The position numbers were made by a program, and so were the translations under genes. Positions 14,856 through 22,257 of a stretch of DNA of 22,257 bases are shown here, one piece after another; the stretch's first letter is position 1; every line of letters begins with the position of its first letter. This DNA comes from Candidatus Sulfobium sp. (GTDB taxonomy: Bacteria; Nitrospirota; Thermodesulfovibrionia; Thermodesulfovibrionales; UBA6898). Below the pieces are notes generated by a model that saw only the letters and a program-made list of their open reading frames with translations, was not told the DNA's origin and ran no database searches. The DNA is taken from contig JARRRI010000033.1 in NCBI GenBank assembly GCA_037380845.1, positions 1 through 22,257 of the forward strand. The letters run 5' to 3'.

Positions 14856-17837
14856 ATGCCCGATATCCTGGAGAAAGACAGCCTCATTCACTTCCCTCAT
14901 TTCGCCGTACTGAAGGCGTCGGCCGGCTCCGGCAAGACCCATACGCTTACCAGGCGGTTCGTCCAGTTCATCCTGTCCGACAAGGTCCCTGGAAACAATC
15001 TAAGGAATATACTGGCTGTCACCTTTTCGAACAATGCCGCCAAGGAGATGAAGGCCAGGATCCTTGAGTGGCTGAAATCTATCTGTTTCGACGATGTCCA
15101 GAAGGTGGAAGAGCTTGCTCGTATCGTTTCCATGGACAGGGAAAGAATGATCGGGAAGGCCGGTTTTCTGGTGGAAGAGATACTGGAAAATTATTCGGAT
15201 TTTCAGGTGAAGACCATAGACAGCTTCATGACGACAGTGTTCAAGGCCTCTGCCGTCGACTTCGGATACAATCCCGACTTCGACATACTGATGAGGGGCG
15301 ACACACTCATGGCATATTCTTTCGACCTCTTCCTCAGGTCGGTGCGGGAGGGGTCGGAAGGGGCAGATCTATTCGACGATATTATTTCGCTCGTCCTTTC
15401 GGGGAGGAAGAAAGATGCGTCGTATCCCTGGGACCCTTCGGCTGTCCTCCTGGAAGAGATCCAGACGGTCTACTCGATCGTGGCAGCGGCCGGAAAGAAG
15501 CCGAGGGTTGAGGATTTTTCCCTGGAGGCCGCACATCTCAGAGACAGGCTGAGAGCACAGCTGGCGGAAATCGAAGACGCAATTGCGGGGTCCGGGCTCG
15601 ACCGGAGGTCCACCTCCGCTTATCCGGCGATCCTGCCGGAGGTGATGGCAGGGCGGTTCGCAGACCTTATCGGCAAAAGGCTGAAGGCGCCCCCCGTGAA
15701 CAAGCCTAAGAAGGGACAGCCCGGAGCAGCCTATGACCGCATCCTCGGAATGTGGGGAGAGTTCGGTGAACTCGCGAGGCGTTACACCGCGCTGCATGTA
15801 TTGTCCTGTTATACGCCTTATCTCCGGCTCTATGAGGAATTCCGCGAGACCGTCGAGTCTGTGAAGAGGCAGGAGGGCAAGGTCTTTATCGGAGACATCA
15901 ACCGGAACCTCTCGGAATATCTCCGGAGCGAGATCGTGCCTGACATCTATTTCAGGATCGGCCAGCGCGGAAGCGCCTTCGTAGTCGGCGATACCAAGCA
16001 GGCCATTTACGGGTTCCGAAACGCCGACTATACCATAATGAAGAAATGCGAAAACGAAAATCCCTTCCCTTCGGCGGAGCACGTCGTAAGGGAACTGGAT
16101 ACGAATTACAGGAGCCTCCACAGGATCCTCGAGTTCAATGAACAGATATTCAAGGAAATCGTCGCCGCCAACACGGAGTATAGTGCGGCGGCCGAAAGGA
16201 GCGGACTCACCGCCTATGTTCAGAAGGTGAGGGAAGGCAGGGAAAGCCCGGGATATTCGGAGGTAGTTATCCTGGAAAGAGATGATGAAGATCCGCCGGA
16301 GAGGAGAAAAGTGGGGGAGCTCATCGGGGAGCTCAGAGGCCGGGGGTACAATTACGGAGATATTGCGGTCCTCACCGCCAGAAACGAAGGCGCCGTCAGG
16401 ATCAGCGGCTGGCTCAGTGAGAAGGACATCCCTTTTATTTCTTACAGCAGTCTCGACATAAGGAGGAGAAAGATCACCGGGGAGATCGTTTCGCTCCTGA
16501 ACTTCCTCGATTCCCCGACGGACGACCTTTCCTTCGCGTCCTTTGTTCTGGGAGACATATTCGGACGGGTGCTTCTCCGGAAGGTAAGGGAGGGGCGGCA
16601 GCCGCTTAATGAATTCATCTTCAGGAACAGGGAAAGGCGTCCTCTTTACAAGGTTTTCCAGAGGGAGTTCGGGGAGCTCTGGGAGGAATATTTTTCGGTA
16701 CTTTTCAGGTCGGCGGGATATTACCCGCTGTACGATCTCGTGGCCGAGGCCTTCAGTGTCTTTAAGGTTTTCGACCTGATGGCAGAGGAGGAGGCGGCCC
16801 TGGTGAAGATCCTGGAGGTGGTCAAGGACTTCGAAGGAGAAGGTTATAACAGTCTGCGGGATTTCCTTACCTTCGCGGGCGACGAGGGCGGCGACCGGGA
16901 GTGGAACATGGAGGTCCCCAAAAGTGAAGACGCCGTCAAGGTGATGACTGTACACAAGGCGAAAGGCCTTGAGTTCCCGGTGGTGATCATCCTCCTTTAC
17001 GAGGAGGTGAACAGGGGGTTCGAATATATCGTACAGGAGGACGACGACGGGGTGCGTCTCCTGAAGATCAACAGGGACACCATGGAAAGCGATCCAGTTT
17101 TCCGGGACCTTTACACGGATGCGGTCCTCGGGGAAAAAGTGAACAGGCTCAACAGCATGTATGTGGGCTTCACCAGGCCGGGCGAAGAGCTTTATGTCGT
17201 AGGCGTGAGGGGAAGGGGGAAGGGGTACCCCTTCGATATCCTGGGGGAAGGGGCTTTTTCACCCTCCCCCAAGCCGGAACGGACGAATGTCGCCGCCCCG
17301 GAGAGACCCGGGAAGTTCACGGCCAGCCACCGCCACAGACGGATAGAGTTTGTCTCCGGACCGGATGAAATGCTGAATACGGAAGAGCGGAGGAGGGGAG
17401 AGTTCATCCATCGCATATTCCGCTTTGTCGGTTATGCGGACGAGGGGTTCGGAGAGATGCTTGCGGAGATAATCGGCAGGGTGAAGGAAGAAAGCGGAGA
17501 GGAATACGGCGACGAGGACACCGAAGACGTTGTCGGGAGCGCGGTTGAGCATGATGGACTGCGGGAGTACTTCGTGCGGAAGCCCGGCAGGGAAGTGAGG
17601 ACGGAACAGGAATTTTCCGACAGGGAGGGCAGCCTTTTCAGGATGGACCGTGTCGTGCTGGACGAAGGAAGGGTGACTGTCGTTGATTACAAGACGGGAC
17701 ACGACAGGACCGCGCAGGATAAGCATATGGCCCAGGTGAGGTCCTACATGAAGATATTGAGCGGGGTCTATCCCGGGAAGGCGGTGGAAGGGATCATCGC
17801 CTATGTCGATCTGCGGGAGGTGGTAAGGCTGACATGA
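14856..17837 (+). CDS. addA: AddA/RecB-like UvrD helicase + PD-(D/E)XK nuclease subunit, lacking helicase motif II
   Basis: 993 aa. Walker A ASAGSGKT, Ia VTFSNNAAKEM, TIDSF, III VGDTKQAIYGFR, IV NYRS, V MTVHKAKGLEF, VI YVGFTRP, nuclease RMDRV..VDYKTG..Q...Y. No DEFQD motif. Confidence 0.85.
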   Translation: MPDILEKDSLIHFPHFAVLKASAGSGKTHTLTRRFVQFILSDKVPGNNLRNILAVTFSNNAAKEMKARILEWLKSICFDDVQKVEELARIVSMDRERMIGKAGFLVEEILENYSDFQVKTIDSFMTTVFKASAVDFGYNPDFDILMRGDTLMAYSFDLFLRSVREGSEGADLFDDIISLVLSGRKKDASYPWDPSAVLLEEIQTVYSIVAAAGKKPRVEDFSLEAAHLRDRLRAQLAEIEDAIAGSGLDRRSTSAYPAILPEVMAGRFADLIGKRLKAPPVNKPKKGQPGAAYDRILGMWGEFGELARRYTALHVLSCYTPYLRLYEEFRETVESVKRQEGKVFIGDINRNLSEYLRSEIVPDIYFRIGQRGSAFVVGDTKQAIYGFRNADYTIMKKCENENPFPSAEHVVRELDTNYRSLHRILEFNEQIFKEIVAANTEYSAAAERSGLTAYVQKVREGRESPGYSEVVILERDDEDPPERRKVGELIGELRGRGYNYGDIAVLTARNEGAVRISGWLSEKDIPFISYSSLDIRRRKITGEIVSLLNFLDSPTDDLSFASFVLGDIFGRVLLRKVREGRQPLNEFIFRNRERRPLYKVFQREFGELWEEYFSVLFRSAGYYPLYDLVAEAFSVFKVFDLMAEEEAALVKILEVVKDFEGEGYNSLRDFLTFAGDEGGDREWNMEVPKSEDAVKVMTVHKAKGLEFPVVIILLYEEVNRGFEYIVQEDDDGVRLLKINRDTMESDPVFRDLYTDAVLGEKVNRLNSMYVGFTRPGEELYVVGVRGRGKGYPFDILGEGAFSPSPKPERTNVAAPERPGKFTASHRHRRIEFVSGPDEMLNTEERRRGEFIHRIFRFVGYADEGFGEMLAEIIGRVKEESGEEYGDEDTEDVVGSAVEHDGLREYFVRKPGREVRTEQEFSDREGSLFRMDRVVLDEGRVTVVDYKTGHDRTAQDKHMAQVRSYMKILSGVYPGKAVEGIIAYVDLREVVRLT

Positions 17838-20662
17838 AGGTCCTTTTGCTCTCACCCGCTGAAGAGCTCATGGAAGAGGTGCTCGGTCACCTTGAAGGCG
17901 ACGGCAGGGACTATTCACCAAGCATGGTGGTCTTCCCCGGCAAGAGACCGTCCCATTTCCTGAGAAAGGCGCTGGCCCGGAAAATCGGCGACAGCTTTAT
18001 CCCGCCGGCCGTGTTCTCTATGGATGAATTCATCGATCACCTTAGCGAAGACATCCCCGCGGGAAGAAGGATTGAGACTATAGACGCCGTCTCCATCCTG
18101 TATGACATTCACAGGAGGGCGAAGGACCCTCTCGGCGGCTCCGGGTTCATGACACCCGACAGTTTCTTTTCCCTGGGTCTCAGGATATACAGGGACATAG
18201 AGGAGTTGTATATCGAAGGGGTCAGCGTCCGCAGCGTGGAAGAGGTCCGCCATTACTCCAATGAAGAGATACCGCAGCAATCGCTCAGGAGGCTGGAGTC
18301 GCTGGCATTCTTCTATGAAGAGTTCTACAGGCGTGTCGAGGAAAAGAGGTTTTCGACACGGTCCCTGAGATACCGCAGGGTGGCGGAGAGAATCGAAGGA
18401 CTCATACCTGAAACGGTCCGCAGGATAATATTCGCCGGGTTCAATGCCCTGACCGGGACGGAGAAGGTACTATTCACCAAAATGGGAGATTCGGGCTTTA
18501 CTGTCTTTCTATTTCAGGACGGTCCCGGCATGGACGAAATACTCGGACAGCTCGGCATGGAGGCGGAACATGCCGGACAGGGACCGTCCCGTCCGGATGT
18601 CAGTTTCTACGGCAGCCCCGACACCCACGGGCAGGTATATGCATTGGGACGGGTCTTCGATGCGGAGGCTGAAAGGGGAACGACTTTCGACGAGAGGACC
18701 GCGGTTGTACTGCCCAACTCGGAGACTCTTTTCCCAGTGCTTCGTCAGGGCCTGCCCTTTCTGAACGATTCGGAATATAACATCTCGATGGGATACCCCC
18801 TGCAGCGCACGCCGGTTTTCGGTTTTCTCAACAGCCTGATGGATCTCATCACTTCGATCGACGGCGACCGGGTCTATGTCCCTTCTTATATAAGGTTCGT
18901 ACTTCATCCGTATACCAAGAATATATATTTCAGGGGTAATGCGGAGATAACCAGGATAATGTTTCATGCCATCGAGGACGAATTGACAGTCAACAGGACG
19001 AAGACCTTCATGACGATCTCCGAAATAGAAGGGGATGAAAAGATCCTCAGCAGCGTGCTGGAACGTATTCCAAAAGAGGCAGGACTGACGGAGGGCGCTG
19101 TGAGAAAACATTTGAGGACCATCCACGAAAACACCATAGAGAGTTTCCTGTCTTTCGAAAACCTGATGGACTTTGCCTCCCGGTGCACGGGTCTCCTCAC
19201 GTTTATTTACAACAACAGCACCGCCAGGCTCCATCCCCTCTTCCATCCCTTTGCGGAGTCTTTTATCAGGTCGCTCGATGTCATCTCCCGGTCTCTGATG
19301 AAGGACATGGCTTTCACGGAAAGGACGAGTTATTTCAGTTTCCTGAGGAAGTACGTTGCGACTTGCCATACCCCTTTTGACGGAACTCCGGTGAAGGGGC
19401 TCCAGGTGCTGGGCTTCCTGGAAACGAGGAACATTAAATTCGAAAGGGTCCTCATTCTCGATGCAAACGAGGAAACCCTGCCGGATACGAAGAAGGAAGA
19501 CACCTTTCTTCCTTTCAAGGCCCGACTGGCCCTGGGGCTGCCGACGTACGTCGAAAGAGACAGGCTGGCGGCCTATTATTTTGAGACGCTGATCAGGGGG
19601 GCCCGGGATGTGCATCTCTTCTTCGTAGAAAATGACAAGAAAGAAAGGTCGAGGTTTGTCGAAAAGCTCCTCTGGGAAAGACAGAAGAAAGACAGAACGA
19701 CGGAGACGAGGGATTACGTGCGGACGGTCGAATACCGGGTGAGGCTAAGGAACGGCGAGCCCGGGGAAATCGGAAAAACGGGCGACATGACCGAATATCT
19801 GAGGAGCTTCACGTACAGCCCGACCGCCCTGGATGCCTACCTCTCATGCCAGCTTAAATTCTACTACAGGTATGTTCTGGGGATCGACAGGAAGGAAGGG
19901 GTTTCCGGGGACATCGAAAGGGCCGACATAGGGAAGTTCGTGCACGGCACCATCTCGGCATATTTTTCTCCAAAGAAGGGTATCCCGCTGAAGCCTGAAG
20001 ACCTTTCTGTTAAAGAGATGGAAGGCCTTGTGGACGAGCTTTTCGGGCGGGAGTACGGCGGCGGACTTTCCGGGGCGGTCTATCTCCTCAGGGCGCAGAT
20101 CAGAAGGCATATGAAAGACCTCATCCTCGGCTACTATCGCCCCCTTGCGAAGGAAGGCCCTTTTTTGGTCTTTGAAAGCGAAAAGGGGATAAGAGGGACG
20201 CTGGAGGGCTTCAAGTTAATGGGCCGGGTCGACAGCGTAGAAAAGAGAGGTGGCAGAATATGTATAGTAGATTACAAAACCGGTTCGAACCGTAACAGGC
20301 TCAGGATTGATTTTGACAGACTTGACCCGGAAGACAGGTTGACGTGGAGCCGGGCGATTGGGAGTCTCCAGCTCCCCGCTTACCTGCAGATGTACTCTCA
20401 GATGACCGGGACCGCGGCGGAAGAAATGGATGCCATGTTCCTGCTCCTGGGCAAATCCGTGATTAGCCGGGGCATCGAAGTTCCGCTGTTCGGCGAATGC
20501 GATCCCCGTCAGGCTCTGGAAGATCTGAAAGCTGTTACCACCGGCCTGCTCAACGAGATCATCGACCCCGGGGTTCCTTTCGGCCCCGCGGCGGACAGGA
20601 AGCTGGTCTGTCCGGGATGTAATTTCCGCTATATCTGCGGAACCCAATGGGTGCAGGGATAA
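17834..20662 (+). CDS. addB: AddB-like PD-(D/E)XK nuclease subunit with Fe-S staple cysteines
   Basis: 942 aa. ATGA overlap with addA. SPTALDAYLSCQLKFY, GRVDSVE..VDYKTG, QLPAY, C-terminal CPGCNFRYIC (1+3 Cys arrangement). Confidence 0.85.
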   Translation: MKVLLLSPAEELMEEVLGHLEGDGRDYSPSMVVFPGKRPSHFLRKALARKIGDSFIPPAVFSMDEFIDHLSEDIPAGRRIETIDAVSILYDIHRRAKDPLGGSGFMTPDSFFSLGLRIYRDIEELYIEGVSVRSVEEVRHYSNEEIPQQSLRRLESLAFFYEEFYRRVEEKRFSTRSLRYRRVAERIEGLIPETVRRIIFAGFNALTGTEKVLFTKMGDSGFTVFLFQDGPGMDEILGQLGMEAEHAGQGPSRPDVSFYGSPDTHGQVYALGRVFDAEAERGTTFDERTAVVLPNSETLFPVLRQGLPFLNDSEYNISMGYPLQRTPVFGFLNSLMDLITSIDGDRVYVPSYIRFVLHPYTKNIYFRGNAEITRIMFHAIEDELTVNRTKTFMTISEIEGDEKILSSVLERIPKEAGLTEGAVRKHLRTIHENTIESFLSFENLMDFASRCTGLLTFIYNNSTARLHPLFHPFAESFIRSLDVISRSLMKDMAFTERTSYFSFLRKYVATCHTPFDGTPVKGLQVLGFLETRNIKFERVLILDANEETLPDTKKEDTFLPFKARLALGLPTYVERDRLAAYYFETLIRGARDVHLFFVENDKKERSRFVEKLLWERQKKDRTTETRDYVRTVEYRVRLRNGEPGEIGKTGDMTEYLRSFTYSPTALDAYLSCQLKFYYRYVLGIDRKEGVSGDIERADIGKFVHGTISAYFSPKKGIPLKPEDLSVKEMEGLVDELFGREYGGGLSGAVYLLRAQIRRHMKDLILGYYRPLAKEGPFLVFESEKGIRGTLEGFKLMGRVDSVEKRGGRICIVDYKTGSNRNRLRIDFDRLDPEDRLTWSRAIGSLQLPAYLQMYSQMTGTAAEEMDAMFLLLGKSVISRGIEVPLFGECDPRQALEDLKAVTTGLLNEIIDPGVPFGPAADRKLVCPGCNFRYICGTQWVQG

Positions 20663-20665
20663 ATT

Positions 20666-21403
20666 TCACTTTCGTATGACCCTGCCTGTCGGCTGCCACC
20701 CCTGGACCTTCTTCTGCGGGTGATAGCTCTCGACTATATCCCCGACCTTTATCCTGCTGAAGTTTCTTAGCTTTATGCCTACGCGCTGACCGGGCGACGC
20801 GGTCTGAACCGCATGCTCGCCTATATGGAGCGACTCCATGGTGCCGGAATAAACGGGTCCCATGGCGGAGACGATGCGAAAGTGCTGGCCCACGGCAAGA
20901 CGGCCTTCTGTTACTTCGCACCCCGCAATGATCCCCCTTCTGCTGCTTTTGAAAAGGGCTATCACTTTTGCGGAACCCGTGATCTGCTCGGTGGGACCGT
21001 GGGGAAGTATGGCTTCGGCGAGGACCTTCAGGTCCTCAGTCAACGCATAGATGACATCGTAGAGCCTGACCTCGACGTTACGCTCCCTCAGCGCCTTCTC
21101 GACGCCGGAAAGAACATCCACCCCGAAGCCTATTATCAGCCTGCCCGCCGTTTCCGCAAGGAATGCGTCCGACGTGGTGACGGCACCCAGTCCCTGCCGT
21201 ATGATGTCGATATCCACTCCGGCCGCTGTAATCCCGGAAATGGCGGCCGCCGCTGCCTCGAGGCTTCCTTCGGAGTCGGCTTTAAGCACGATCTCAAGCT
21301 TCGTCCCTGCCTCCCGAAACGAAGTATTCCGTCCGGTCTGCCCGGCCGTACGCCTGGAACTGCGCTGTTTTCCGGGACGAGTTTCCCTGTGTGGATGTGC
21401 CAC
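20666..21403 (-). CDS. Stand-alone translation initiation factor IF-2 C-terminal (C1+C2 domains) paralogue with no GTPase domain
   Basis: 245 aa. IVLKADSEGSLEA, GLGAVTTSDAFLA, IIGFGV, YDVIYALTEDL, GSAKVIALFK..IAGCEVTEG, IKVGDIVESY match the IF-2 C-terminal pattern. GTG start with GGGAG upstream. Confidence 0.85.
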   Translation of the reverse strand: MAHPHRETRPGKQRSSRRTAGQTGRNTSFREAGTKLEIVLKADSEGSLEAAAAAISGITAAGVDIDIIRQGLGAVTTSDAFLAETAGRLIIGFGVDVLSGVEKALRERNVEVRLYDVIYALTEDLKVLAEAILPHGPTEQITGSAKVIALFKSSRRGIIAGCEVTEGRLAVGQHFRIVSAMGPVYSGTMESLHIGEHAVQTASPGQRVGIKLRNFSRIKVGDIVESYHPQKKVQGWQPTGRVIRK

Positions 21404-21609
21404 TTGTCTTGCTCCCTGGGCGAAATACCGTCAAAAAATTCCTACTGATAATACTAATGCTAGCACTGAATAGAAGACCTCGCAACAGAAGATCTCAGGG
21501 TGATTTCCTCCCGGTCGGGCTGAAATTACAGTTTTGGCTGAAATTCAATTTTGTGCTTGACAAAATGACTGTTTTGGTATCAAGATTTAGTTGAGGAGAG
21601 GAAGAGGGG

Positions 21610-21909
21610 ATGGACAAAGTTAACTGTTGGGAGTTCTACGAGTGCGGCAGGGAACCCGGCGGGGGTAATGTGCGGGAATTCGGAACATGCCCTGTCGCGA
21701 CTGAAAGGAAGCTGGACGGAGTACACGGGGGTACGAATGCCGGCAGGGCATGCTGGGTCGTAGGCGGTACGCTTTGCAACGGAAAGGTACAGGAGACATT
21801 CCTGAAGAAATACGATGGCTGCATGGAGTGCGATTTTTATAAGAGAGTAAAGGAAGAAGAATCTCCGGATTTCAAGCTTTCAGCCAGCCTCTACATGATG
21901 CTCCATTAA
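21610..21909 (+). CDS. Small Cys-rich two-CW domain protein (putative metal/Fe-S binding)
   Basis: 99 aa. NCWEFYECGREPGG..CP..NAGRACWVVGGTLC..CMECDFY (7 Cys). Purine-rich SD upstream. Confidence 0.85.
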   Translation: MDKVNCWEFYECGREPGGGNVREFGTCPVATERKLDGVHGGTNAGRACWVVGGTLCNGKVQETFLKKYDGCMECDFYKRVKEEESPDFKLSASLYMMLH

Positions 21910-21925
21910 AACCCTCCGTGGCCAG

Positions 21926-22105
21926 TTATAAGTAGTTTAAGTTTGCAACGTTCGCCGTCCCTGACCTGTCTACCCATACGTGTGCCATAACGATTGGCAT
22001 CTCCGTAGTACCGGGATTTGCAAAGCAAACTTCTACGCCTGTGCGTAGGGCGGTTTCAACCAGGCTAAGTGCGTCTGTATTTGTGAGGGAGATGAATTGA
22101 GTCAT
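21926..22105 (-). pseudogene. Remnant of a TPP-dependent enzyme (acetolactate synthase large subunit-like) N-terminus
   Basis: SLVETALRTGVEVCFANPGTTEMPIV matches the TPP-enzyme N-terminal motif, but the frame stops about 20 codons later, whereas such enzymes are around 500 aa. Confidence 0.65.
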
Positions 22106-22257
22106 TTTGCCTATGGGGGACCACTGGTCATCCTTATGTTCGAAAAGGAGGGACTGCAAAGTATGTGGGCGGGCCGCATGGTGTCTGACACTGGAGGACC
22201 CGAGGGAAAAAGATCTTATTCCACGATTTGGCTGCACCTCACCACAAAGACCTTGTA

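Noticed and set aside
15369..19615. Long antisense ORFs 15369-16955 (528 aa) and 18509-19615 (368 aa)
   Set aside because: They lie opposite addA/addB, lack motifs, and are explained by codon bias on the coding strand.
14856..20662. Helicase-nuclease pair as an anti-phage or Cas4-linked system
   Set aside because: The architecture fits housekeeping AddAB; no CRISPR repeats, cas genes or defence genes are nearby.

Overview
Bacterial chromosomal window; the gene content suggests an anaerobic Nitrospirota/Desulfobacterota-like organism (inference only). The left 7 kb (minus strand) looks like a self-contained regulatory module. It has a MalT-type STAND ATPase-TPR regulator with a C-terminal OmpR-like wHTH + BTAD (SARP-like) output, a small protein fused to PilZ, and a secreted multidomain protein of at least 945 aa that runs off the left edge and is missing from the ORF track. 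The last two genes share a near-identical 17-bp direct-repeat motif exactly 11 nt upstream of a TAnnnT -10 box. Next come a catalytically degenerate trypsin-like/TPR protein, a DsrE2-like protein with a triple-hairpin 3' region (candidate sRNA), a PAS-GAF-GAF-PAS histidine kinase with its sigma54 response regulator, a YtxH-like protein and sppA. The addAB-like pair follows, and its AddA lacks the whole Walker B (DEFQD) segment. The window ends with a stand-alone IF-2 C-terminal paralogue with no GTPase domain, a Cys-rich two-CW protein and an acetolactate-synthase-like gene remnant. I saw no rRNA, tRNA, CRISPR array or transposase. Domain calls are from manual motif reading, not database searches.
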